Of a stretch of DNA of 64,000 nt, positions 41,829 through 50,291 are shown one piece after another. The DNA is from a virus. The translations under genes were made by a program, and so were the position numbers. Every line of letters starts with the position of its first letter. Within the stretch, counting starts at the first letter, position 1. The notes below the pieces were generated by a model, which saw only the letters and a program-made list of their open reading frames with translations, did no database searches and had not been told where the DNA came from. The stretch is taken from the IMG/VR virus record IMGVR_UViG_3300046010_015054, positions 106,106 through 170,105 of that record, one strand, 5' to 3'.

Positions 41829-43073
41829 CTATTTTTTTATGCTATCTGTCCATTTACGAAGCATGATGTTTCCTTTTTCGTAAGCATCTCTTTCGATTTG
41901 CTCTAAATAATCATCTTCGTGAGTATTTGTAGTTTTTATTTTACCAGTTCCAACTTCACCATTTAAATTTTGTTCGTGATGCACCATCTCGTGGGCGAAT
42001 GAACGTAATATATCTTTTGGGTGTCTCCCCATTGTATATAAAACAATTGTAGCATTTGCAGGATCATAGAAGGCAGTCATGCCTAAAGGATCTTTTGCAT
42101 TTACTTCATCATCTTCTATAAATTTTACACTAGGGAAAGGTTTAATATTCATCCCATTCTCGTACATGTATTGTGAGAGTTCTGGGATAAATTTTTTATA
42201 TCCTGATCCATAAGGTACTGCTGATCCTTCAGCTTCTTTAAGTTTTTGAAGGCGCTGTGTTTTTTCCTTAGATGCTTCTTTACGTGTTTCTATATAATCT
42301 AAACCACGCTTTAAACGGGCTTTAGTCTCAGGGTCTTTAGCGTTTTGGTAAGCCGCTCTAACACGCTGGTGAATCAAGTTAATAACCTGAGACTGGCGAG
42401 CGTGTGATTTGGCTTTAAAAGAAGCTGAGTTAAGTGTATCTACAATATCTTCTTTTGTTTTAAATTTTATAGAGACAGTGTCTGATGGGTCTTCATCTGT
42501 ATAGAGTCTACGACCTGATCCTTTTGGTTTTTTGCCTGTACCAGTTTTAGGATCTGCTTCTTCTAAACCCATAGCTAACTCACGAGCAAATTGACTTAAA
42601 CCAAATGGATCTTTTACTTTACCACTTGGGTTATTTTGCTTTTTGTAATCATCCATATTTTTATCGGATGTTTTTTGGCCATCTTCTTCTAATTCTTTAG
42701 TCTCAATCTTCTTTAATTTAGAATAGTAGTTAGGATCTTCATAAATGTGATCCATAGCAATTTCGCGAGCTATACTTTTGTCTGTAGTATGCTCCATTTC
42801 TGTTTTGATACCCTGATCTAATTTTTTCTTTATAGATTGAAGGGGCATTTTATGATATTTTGCTAAATCTTGTAAAGTTAAACCTTTAGCTTTTCCACCG
42901 GGTATTTTTTCTTCTTTCATTTGACTTTTTTTCCAAGCTTCTAATTTTGCGGGTTCATATTTCATGGTTTGATTGTCTAAACCACAATTATGACATAAAT
43001 AAGGATCAGGATCTGTTAAAGTATCTGTTTGCCAAGGATGACCACAATTAAAACAAGTAACATTTACTATCAT
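41829..43073 (-). CDS. Multi-module protein: Zn ribbon + DUF5661-like + HEXXH metallopeptidase-like domain
   Basis: CFNC..CHNC; G.K.EMEHT...A.EIAMDH..E.P.YY.KL; RSFAHEMVHHEQ...E.DAY. Confidence 0.65.
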   Translation of the reverse strand: MIVNVTCFNCGHPWQTDTLTDPDPYLCHNCGLDNQTMKYEPAKLEAWKKSQMKEEKIPGGKAKGLTLQDLAKYHKMPLQSIKKKLDQGIKTEMEHTTDKSIAREIAMDHIYEDPNYYSKLKKIETKELEEDGQKTSDKNMDDYKKQNNPSGKVKDPFGLSQFARELAMGLEEADPKTGTGKKPKGSGRRLYTDEDPSDTVSIKFKTKEDIVDTLNSASFKAKSHARQSQVINLIHQRVRAAYQNAKDPETKARLKRGLDYIETRKEASKEKTQRLQKLKEAEGSAVPYGSGYKKFIPELSQYMYENGMNIKPFPSVKFIEDDEVNAKDPLGMTAFYDPANATIVLYTMGRHPKDILRSFAHEMVHHEQNLNGEVGTGKIKTTNTHEDDYLEQIERDAYEKGNIMLRKWTDSIKK

Positions 43074-43873
43074 GATTGAAGGAAATCTTTTATTTTAGTC
43101 TTTACTTCTTCTTTAGATACAGAATTATCTAAAATATCTTGACTTTTCATGTTTGCGTTCCAATCCTCTATAAATGCCTTATTTTCAGCATCTATTTTAT
43201 CTTCATACGCTTGATCCTTTGCTGATTTGGGTGTTGAGTCTTTAGGTGCAAACTGGTCTACGTATAATTTTTTTATGTCTTCGTAAGATGATAATGTAAA
43301 AGGTTTATCATCGTTTACAACCGAGATAAAATTGTCGCCAAAAATATCTCTATACTTGGCGTAATTTTTTGTGACATTTGCCCAAGTTTTAAGGACAATG
43401 TCTGGTGGAAGGCTTCTTTCAAGGCCTTTAGATTTGTCAAAACGTTTTTCATTTCTTTTAAGTGCTTTTTTAAGTGAAGCGTGAACGTACACCATTAAAA
43501 CATCGTAACCAGCTAACATGAGTCTATTTCTAAGTTCAGCTACATTTTTAAGTGAACCAGAAGCATTGTCTAATACAATGTTTTCTTTATTATCTATAGC
43601 TTGATTTAAAGCTTCATTGTAGGTTTTGATAGCCTGTTGCATACCTGTTGCGGCTTTGCTTCTAGACTCTTTACCTGCATTCTTTAAATCGAAAGAAACT
43701 CCTGCATTTTTTAGATTTTCTTTATAGTAATCGTCTATGTTTAATACTTTTAAGTTGAAATCTTTTATATAATCGTCAACTAAAGAACTCTTCCCTGCAC
43801 CCGGAGCACCAGCAAGTATGATGGCTTTGGGTCTAGAGGAGAGTTCTTCCAGTAATTGAACAAGACTGATCAT
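43070..43873 (-). CDS. Zeta-toxin/AAA_33-like P-loop kinase
   Basis: AIILAGAPGAGKS, NIDD, IVLD..S, GY.V.MVYV, A..RN..R..R.LP. Confidence 0.75.
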   Translation of the reverse strand: MISLVQLLEELSSRPKAIILAGAPGAGKSSLVDDYIKDFNLKVLNIDDYYKENLKNAGVSFDLKNAGKESRSKAATGMQQAIKTYNEALNQAIDNKENIVLDNASGSLKNVAELRNRLMLAGYDVLMVYVHASLKKALKRNEKRFDKSKGLERSLPPDIVLKTWANVTKNYAKYRDIFGDNFISVVNDDKPFTLSSYEDIKKLYVDQFAPKDSTPKSAKDQAYEDKIDAENKAFIEDWNANMKSQDILDNSVSKEEVKTKIKDFLQS

Positions 43874-43889
43874 TCAAACGCGTTTGCGT

Positions 43890-43897
43890 ATAAATAT
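43890..43897 (-). promoter_or_regulatory. ATATTTAT putative late promoter
   Basis: Overlaps the exonuclease stop; upstream of the zeta-like kinase. Confidence 0.65.
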
Positions 43898-44685
43898 CAA
43901 GCTTCTAATTTAACTGATAAAGGAAAACTTTCAAATGCTGGTTTAGCGTCTGGATTTTCAAGGTGGTATAGGTCTAGAATTTTTTGGAAGAAACCCCAAT
44001 TCTCTTCTATTGAACGAGATGATTCGTAAACTTCCCAACCTTTACCTTGAATTTTCTTTCCTGATTTGTCTGGTCCTCTTTTGGCTGATTTAAGCCATAA
44101 GATACCAGTACGTGTAACTTTTTCCTCAAATGTTTCGTTCCACATTTTAGCGTAAGCTGCAATTTGAAGGTCTTGGCTAGTGTGGAGGCTGTTTGAGGTT
44201 TTGATATCCAAAATCCAAATCTCGTCATTTATCTCTAGAACCAAATCACACGTTCCTGCAATTTCAGCTTCATCTGAGAATAAGTGAATTTCACTTTCGA
44301 TAAGGGTAGGTTTAACTTGCTTCCAAAACTCATCAAATTTAAGGATATTTTTCCAAACATCCATTGAGTATTTTGCTTCGCCGTACTCGTTTAACCAGGT
44401 AAGTTCTTTACCAAGTAGGTAATCTTCAATCGCTTCGTGTACTTGAGTACCTTCATTTGCTGCTTTTCTAACAATAATATCGGAGTTGTGCCCAACATCT
44501 TTCAACCAATTTTCAAAAAACTTGTTTTTAGGAAAATATTGTAAGACTGAGGTGATTGAAGGGTAGTATTTTTCTCCCTTTTTGTAAAAACGTGTGTCTA
44601 AAAAGTTTACCTGCTTTGCGTCTTGGTCAATTTCTAATACTCTTGTAACGCTTTTTTTATAGATTTTAGCTCCTTGTTCTATCAT
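43897..44685 (-). CDS. PD-(D/E)XK exonuclease
   Basis: YPSITSVL, GTQVH, E..L, AGTCDL, DIKTS, Q.AAY. Confidence 0.85.
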   Translation of the reverse strand: MIEQGAKIYKKSVTRVLEIDQDAKQVNFLDTRFYKKGEKYYPSITSVLQYFPKNKFFENWLKDVGHNSDIIVRKAANEGTQVHEAIEDYLLGKELTWLNEYGEAKYSMDVWKNILKFDEFWKQVKPTLIESEIHLFSDEAEIAGTCDLVLEINDEIWILDIKTSNSLHTSQDLQIAAYAKMWNETFEEKVTRTGILWLKSAKRGPDKSGKKIQGKGWEVYESSRSIEENWGFFQKILDLYHLENPDAKPAFESFPLSVKLEA

Positions 44686-45614
44686 AATAGTTCTATCTTC
44701 CTTGACATTAGGTCAAAGGTATTAATTGGATATGTTTCTTGAATAAGTTTTGTAAAGTGTTCAAACCCCATTTCATTCGGATCTTTTTCATCCAGGTCAA
44801 CGATATAAACTTCTTTTCCCTCCGCCAAGAGTAGTTCAGCAAATTTTAAAGCATCTTTTTGAGCGTCTTTATCTAACGCAATATACACTTTTTCTACTTG
44901 AGAAGTTACAATACGCTTCATCAAGTTTGCTTGTATATGTTTTCCTAACAGCGGGATCGCATTGCGTTTGATAGAGATTGCGTCAAATGGTCCTTCGCAC
45001 AATATAAGCGGTGAAGACCAATTTATAAACAGTTCAAATGGCACAATATTCTTGCCAATAGGCGGATTCTTGTATTTTACTGGGGAGTTTGGGTTAAAGT
45101 TTCGAGCAACAAAATAGTTTAGTTTCCCGAATTCGTTGTATGAGGGTACGATAATCATTTTATCGTATTTTCCTCCTTCACAATAACCTATATTGTATCG
45201 AAGAATATCTGCTTTGGTAATACCTCGTTTTTTAAGATAAGTAAGGGCGTGCCTTCCTATAATATCGTTTTCGGTAATTTCAGATAAGGGTTTAAACTCT
45301 TCAGGAAGTTTAACTTCCTCTAGGGTTTGAATTTGTTCGTCTTTGTATGAGGATTTTACTAAACTACGTAATTCGTTTAGTTTATCTTCAGACGCACCGA
45401 TTTGTTTAAAAAGAGTTATAAGTTTTACTCCTTTCTTTCCGCACACCCAACAATGCCACGGGTTTTTATCCCCATTCCCTTCACTAAAGTTTACCTCTAG
45501 TTTAGGTTTGTGGTGATGGCAGAATGGACAGGTGTGGGCTTGGTTTCCTCTAGCAGTTGGTTTTCCAGGTCCTAAGACAGAATTGACCAGCGCTACAAGG
45601 AGTTGATTTACCAT
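44682..45614 (-). CDS. DNA primase (Zn finger + TOPRIM)
   Basis: CPFC..WHCWVC, YL.KRGI, KYKNP, CEGPFD, LDKDA, KDPNE. Confidence 0.9.
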   Translation of the reverse strand: MVNQLLVALVNSVLGPGKPTARGNQAHTCPFCHHHKPKLEVNFSEGNGDKNPWHCWVCGKKGVKLITLFKQIGASEDKLNELRSLVKSSYKDEQIQTLEEVKLPEEFKPLSEITENDIIGRHALTYLKKRGITKADILRYNIGYCEGGKYDKMIIVPSYNEFGKLNYFVARNFNPNSPVKYKNPPIGKNIVPFELFINWSSPLILCEGPFDAISIKRNAIPLLGKHIQANLMKRIVTSQVEKVYIALDKDAQKDALKFAELLLAEGKEVYIVDLDEKDPNEMGFEHFTKLIQETYPINTFDLMSRKIELL

Positions 45615-45637
45615 ACATTTAATGTACGAAAAACCCT

Positions 45638-46078
45638 TTACCCTGCAAAATCTTTAGTATAAAATTTTCCTAAAATATTGTCGTTGTAGAATTCTTCTGG
45701 TTTTTCAAGTACAGAATAAACAAACAAATATTTTGTTTCAAAATACGTAAGTTGTTTTTTGTCTTTTGCCAGTTGAATAATAGAACGTTCAAAGTCGTCT
45801 GAGTTGGTTTTTAATTCTTCAATGAGAATTTTATTTGAACCCCAATAGGTTTTCCAATCTGATTCTTTTACTGTAAGACGATATGAAGGACGGCGTCCTT
45901 GTCCCTCTATTTCTGCTAGTTCTTTTTTGGTAAGTTTTTTCTTTACGCTGTGGTACAGCACTTTTTTACCAATATAAGCTTTGCCAGTTTTTTTATTGAG
46001 GACCCTATAAACAAAACCAAAGGTGCCGTATGGGAACTGATCAATGTCAGTGATTTCTTCACCATTATATTTCCACAT
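45638..46078 (-). CDS. GIY-YIG-family endonuclease-like protein
   Basis: GFVY......GKAYIGKK, Y.GS, E, YN.NI. Confidence 0.7.
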   Translation of the reverse strand: MWKYNGEEITDIDQFPYGTFGFVYRVLNKKTGKAYIGKKVLYHSVKKKLTKKELAEIEGQGRRPSYRLTVKESDWKTYWGSNKILIEELKTNSDDFERSIIQLAKDKKQLTYFETKYLFVYSVLEKPEEFYNDNILGKFYTKDFAG

Positions 46079-46093
46079 AATTTATTTTTTATA

Positions 46094-47443
46094 TTATAAC
46101 GTCCATGCAGGAACATAGTAAGGATTTCCACCAATAGTAACTCTAATCCAGCCTGCTGCTGTGTATCCTGTATTATCTGGTACTTGTGCTGATTCAAATC
46201 CAAAAGAGGCAGGAGCATTACTTACAAGAGTAATAGTACCAAAACCAGTTCCGTTTGAACCTGATGTACCTGATGTACCTGAAGTACCATTTACACCTGA
46301 AAGACCTGAAGTGCCTGATGTACCAACACCTGAAGTACCTGATGTGCCTGAAGTACCTAAACCAGAAGTACCACTACTTCCTGAAGTGCCACTAGTACCT
46401 GAAACCCCAGACGTTCCTGAAGTACCATTATTTCCTGAAAGGCCTGAAGAACCTGAGGTACCCGAAGTGCCGCTAGTACCTACACCTGAAGTTCCTGATG
46501 AACCAGAAGTACCACTAGTACCTAATCCAGATGTTCCTGAAGTACCACTTACACCACTTGTTCCTGAAGTCCCATTCACGCCACTTAAACCAGATGTGCC
46601 AGATGTACCTGAAGTACCTACACCTGAAGTTCCTGATGAGCCAGAGGAGCCAGAACTACCAGAGGTACCTGATGTGCCTAAGCCAGATGAACCTGATGAG
46701 CCAGAAGTTCCAGAAGTACCATTTATACCAGATAAGCCTGAAGAACCAGAAGTACCTGAAGTTCCGGTACCAGAAGTTCCTGAAGAACCTGATGAACCTG
46801 AACTACCTGAGGTACCAATGCCTGAAGTACCTGAAGTACCATTTGAACCACTTGTTCCAGAAGTACCATTTATTCCAGATAGACCAGATGAGCCTGAACT
46901 GCCAGAAGATCCTGAACTGCCTGAAGTACCAGAGGAGCCTGAAGAACCAGAACTACCTGAAGTACCTGAGCTACCTAGACCAGATGAGCCTGAAGAACCA
47001 GATGTGCCTGAAGTTCCGTTTATACCTGAAAGACCTGAAGAACCCGAACTTCCACTTGAGCCGGATGAACCGGATGAACCTGATGAACCATCTGTACCTG
47101 ACGTACCTGAAGTACCTGAACTACCTAAGCCAGAAGTACCTGAGGTACCATTAATTCCACTTGATCCTGAACTACCAGATGTACCTGAAGTACCTGATGT
47201 ACCATTTCCTGAGGTTGTGTAGTGAAGTTGTCCAGTTGAGTTACTTATGACAACTGTACTATAACCTGCTCCAGCAACTTCTGTAGTTCCAACAAGACTA
47301 AGAGATCCAGTAACATCTAAACTACCACTAACTGTAATGTCATAATCACTAGTACCCGTAAAGGCCTGAACCATTTGATTTACTTGTGAGGCAAAAATAA
47401 TTTGTCCATCAACAATACCAGAAGTACTTAGTGTATTAGCCAT
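46094..47443 (-). CDS. GTS/GSS-repeat virion fibre protein (449 aa)
   Basis: About 320 aa of G-X-Y with GLSGINGTS markers, between short beta-rich ends; ATATTTAT upstream. Confidence 0.75.
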   Translation of the reverse strand: MANTLSTSGIVDGQIIFASQVNQMVQAFTGTSDYDITVSGSLDVTGSLSLVGTTEVAGAGYSTVVISNSTGQLHYTTSGNGTSGTSGTSGSSGSSGINGTSGTSGLGSSGTSGTSGTDGSSGSSGSSGSSGSSGSSGLSGINGTSGTSGSSGSSGLGSSGTSGSSGSSGSSGTSGSSGSSGSSGSSGLSGINGTSGTSGSNGTSGTSGIGTSGSSGSSGSSGTSGTGTSGTSGSSGLSGINGTSGTSGSSGSSGLGTSGTSGSSGSSGSSGTSGVGTSGTSGTSGLSGVNGTSGTSGVSGTSGTSGLGTSGTSGSSGTSGVGTSGTSGTSGSSGLSGNNGTSGTSGVSGTSGTSGSSGTSGLGTSGTSGTSGVGTSGTSGLSGVNGTSGTSGTSGSNGTGFGTITLVSNAPASFGFESAQVPDNTGYTAAGWIRVTIGGNPYYVPAWTL

Positions 47444-47468
47444 CGATCTAAAAGTGTGTTATGCCGTA

Positions 47469-47476
47469 ATAAATAT
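47469..47476 (-). promoter_or_regulatory. ATATTTAT putative late promoter
   Basis: Upstream of the 449-aa GTS protein. Confidence 0.65.
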
Positions 47477-47478
47477 CG

Positions 47479-48534
47479 TTATAAATCTAAATTTACTAAA
47501 ATTGTTGTATCTGTTGTTTGCGATGTTGGAACAGGTTGAGATAATTTTCCTACCGCTATTAGATTTTGAGCTTCATCGTATAAACCAACAGTTGTAACGT
47601 AAGGTGCGAAATAAGAACCAGTTAAAGCATCTAAGAGTTGACCATTTCCAGGTTCATAGAAATAACTTCCAGTCCATTCAAACACACTACCACTAGCTTG
47701 AGCTGATGGGTTTAATGTAGCATTAAATTCTGCAGGTTGTATAGTGCATTTGTATTGAGTTTCATATATCGTCATAGAAGACGAGAATGAACACGTAATT
47801 GAACCTGTAATCAGCGCACTAATGCCTGGTAAGAATATAGCACCATAAGATGCAGTAGCATAGATTCCCGAGGCATATAAGAAACCTCCAGAACCACCTG
47901 CACCTGCAGAGAATGAAGACGAGTTTGTTAAAATTATAAGCCCGTGAGTATAGATAACATTACCATAGTTAACATTACTACCAGAAACCAAAAGGTTTCC
48001 TTCACCATCATCTTGTAGAATAAAACTACCAGATTGAATAACTAAACTATTAGGAGCTATATAATCTCCAAATATTTTTGAAGGAATAGAGATAACACCA
48101 ATTGTATCTCCAGAACCTGTTGGTAAAAATCTAGTAGGAGTTAAAGTACTTTGTAAAAAATTATCGTATAAAGGACCTGAACCTGATACTCCTGAACTAG
48201 TAAAAGTATCTCCTGAACCTGAAGGTCCAGCTCCAGGTATTAAAACTCTTAAATTTGCTGGGTCTCCTGTAGTTGAAAATTGATAGTTTGAATAATATAA
48301 TTGCTTTACAGAATCATATATTAAAGCTTGATATTCAACTTGATTAACACCTGTAGTGATATTTGAGCCATAGTTAACATTCCAAGGTATATTTTTACCA
48401 AAGAATCTTTCTATACCAACATATTCACCATTGGATTGAGTGTAAAAACTTGATGTAGTAAAAGTAAACCCTTTGTTGACCAGAAATGGTGCAACAATTA
48501 AATCAGAAGCTAAAAATTGTTTCCAAGCACTCAT
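47479..48534 (-). CDS. Baseplate/tail structural protein with a tail-collar-type C-terminal motif
   Basis: PYVTTVGLYD...LIAVGKLSQP; paralogous to the upstream gene. Confidence 0.6.
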   Translation of the reverse strand: MSAWKQFLASDLIVAPFLVNKGFTFTTSSFYTQSNGEYVGIERFFGKNIPWNVNYGSNITTGVNQVEYQALIYDSVKQLYYSNYQFSTTGDPANLRVLIPGAGPSGSGDTFTSSGVSGSGPLYDNFLQSTLTPTRFLPTGSGDTIGVISIPSKIFGDYIAPNSLVIQSGSFILQDDGEGNLLVSGSNVNYGNVIYTHGLIILTNSSSFSAGAGGSGGFLYASGIYATASYGAIFLPGISALITGSITCSFSSSMTIYETQYKCTIQPAEFNATLNPSAQASGSVFEWTGSYFYEPGNGQLLDALTGSYFAPYVTTVGLYDEAQNLIAVGKLSQPVPTSQTTDTTILVNLDL

Positions 48535-48537
48535 TCA

Positions 48538-49581
48538 TTAGAAGTTCAGCTTAACGCGGATTAATGCTTCTTTTGTAAAATCTTTAACTAGAGGTCTAGA
48601 TAATTTAGCTACAGCTAACAACTCGTTTGAATCATTGTATAAACCTACAGTTGTAATATATGTTTGTGGGTTGTTGATGAATGTAGAGTAAATAACTTCA
48701 CCTGTACTTGCACTAATAAACGAAGGGTTAGTTGTGTAGTTAAATTCAAAGTTTTGTGGTCTTATGTAAACATAATCTGATGTTACATTTTCTTGGGAGT
48801 TAAGACCAAAACTATCACCTGTGCTAATAGCTCTATACATGATCATATTGTTAAGACCATTTGCAATATTTGAGCTACCAGTTTGAGGAGCTAAAGCAAT
48901 ACCACCTGCAGCTACAGGTAATTGAAGAGCTTTTGCGTTTAATAAAATTGTACCCATATCAGGAACAAACCAACCATAAGAACCAGAGACTGTATAACCA
49001 GCTGCAGAAGCACCTGCTAAAGCAGTAGTAGTTGTAGCAGTACCATTTGAGCCTGAAACGATCTGATAAACTCTAGTACCATTGATGTAAGGTACTACTG
49101 AAAGATCATTACTATTATCTGTTAAGTATAAAGTAGTGTTTGCTGCTGATCCTGAAAGTACTAAGTTTAAGGATCCTGGGAGTAAAGATTGTTTATAATT
49201 TGCTCTTTCTACTGAAACTGCAAAGAATTGTGAACTAGTTACTGATCCAAATAAAAAGCTTGAGTTTTCATCTTCAAGAATAAGGTTTCTATATTGACCA
49301 TATAATGTTCTTGAAGGGCTTAGATTTGGAATAGCAGAGTTATAGGCAGTTGAACCTGAACCATTTGCATCACAATATCCAATAAAAAATTGGATAGAGG
49401 CGCTATCATAGGTTGCTACAGTATTGTAAACTGCTAAAACATATTCTCCCTGTGAGCTAGCTTCTTGAGTAGAAGAAGTAAAGAAAGCTGTTAATGTGTT
49501 AATATCATTAGACCAGCAAGGAGCAGTTACAGAATCTGCTGATACTAAAAAATCTGTTGGATTTAATCTTTTAAATGACAT
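48538..49581 (-). CDS. Baseplate/tail structural protein with a tail-collar-type C-terminal motif
   Basis: EFN.T.NPS..TYITTVGLYND..ELLAVAKLSRP. Confidence 0.6.
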   Translation of the reverse strand: MSFKRLNPTDFLVSADSVTAPCWSNDINTLTAFFTSSTQEASSQGEYVLAVYNTVATYDSASIQFFIGYCDANGSGSTAYNSAIPNLSPSRTLYGQYRNLILEDENSSFLFGSVTSSQFFAVSVERANYKQSLLPGSLNLVLSGSAANTTLYLTDNSNDLSVVPYINGTRVYQIVSGSNGTATTTTALAGASAAGYTVSGSYGWFVPDMGTILLNAKALQLPVAAGGIALAPQTGSSNIANGLNNMIMYRAISTGDSFGLNSQENVTSDYVYIRPQNFEFNYTTNPSFISASTGEVIYSTFINNPQTYITTVGLYNDSNELLAVAKLSRPLVKDFTKEALIRVKLNF

Positions 49582-49588
49582 ATCTTAA

Positions 49589-50248
49589 TTATGCTGAAGT
49601 TTTAGTAATTGTTACAGGGATTGTAATGCGAGCTCCTGAATCTCTACCTACTACAGTTAAGGTAGCTTGTAAAATATTGTTGGAACCAAATAAAGTATTC
49701 ACAGTAGTGGCTGTCATGTTGATTGTAGTACCAACCACTGTTTTAGAGACGTTAGTTCCAATTGTTGTAGTGCTGTTTAGTGCGATAGCATCTGGTGTAT
49801 TAATACCTACCCCGTTAAATGTACTTAATACACGTACATCACTTATAGTAGCGGTATAACCATTGGTTTCGGTTGTGGTTAAGCCACCTAAATAGTTTAG
49901 AGTTTGAGGTGTAATAGCAAGTGAAGCACCTTGTTTTAATGTGATAGCGGAATATCCTAGGTCAAGTACCGGCATCTTAGCACTTCCACGAGGTAGTGTA
50001 GTTAACACATACTTCATTTCTTGAGTTACAAGAGGAAATGCTTCTAAAAGAGGCATGTTTTCGATTGCTTGACCATAGAAAGCTGAACCTGAAGGGTTGC
50101 TAGGGTTGTAAAGAGTATAATCGATTTCGTCATCAGATAAAGCAAATTGAGTGATACGGAATGTACCATCATTTTTTGCTAGTAACTCTCTACCCTTGTC
50201 CGTTAGGATAGCATCAACAGTTACGACTGAGTTATTTAAATATCCCAT
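49589..50248 (-). CDS. Baseplate/tail structural protein
   Basis: DAILTDKGRELLA...ITQFALSDDEIDY resembles the N-terminus of tail-collar fibre proteins. Confidence 0.6.
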   Translation of the reverse strand: MGYLNNSVVTVDAILTDKGRELLAKNDGTFRITQFALSDDEIDYTLYNPSNPSGSAFYGQAIENMPLLEAFPLVTQEMKYVLTTLPRGSAKMPVLDLGYSAITLKQGASLAITPQTLNYLGGLTTTETNGYTATISDVRVLSTFNGVGINTPDAIALNSTTTIGTNVSKTVVGTTINMTATTVNTLFGSNNILQATLTVVGRDSGARITIPVTITKTSA

Positions 50249-50268
50249 CTTATATTTTAGATTTTGTT

Positions 50269-50276
50269 ATAAATAT
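50269..50276 (-). promoter_or_regulatory. ATATTTAT putative late promoter
   Basis: Upstream of the tail-collar-type genes. Confidence 0.65.
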
Positions 50277-50291
50277 ATTAATTTTAGTTTT

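Noticed and set aside
43070-43873. Epsilon-zeta toxin-antitoxin module
   Set aside because: No antitoxin-like neighbour; only the kinase fold is supported.
43897-44685. Cas4 / CRISPR adaptation gene
   Set aside because: It lacks the Fe-S cysteine cluster and sits next to primase, so it is best read as an ordinary phage PD-(D/E)XK exonuclease.
45638-46078. Mobile intron or intein-associated homing endonuclease
   Set aside because: Free-standing short GIY-YIG ORF; the neighbours are intact and no intron structure or extra DNA-binding domain is visible.
46161-47222. + strand PEV-repeat ORFs
   Set aside because: Antisense shadow of the 449-aa GTS protein.
13636-50276. T4-type TATAAATA late promoters driving + strand transcription
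   Set aside because: The octamer appears on the + strand, but there are no credible + strand genes and its position tracks minus-strand start codons, so it is read as ATATTTAT.
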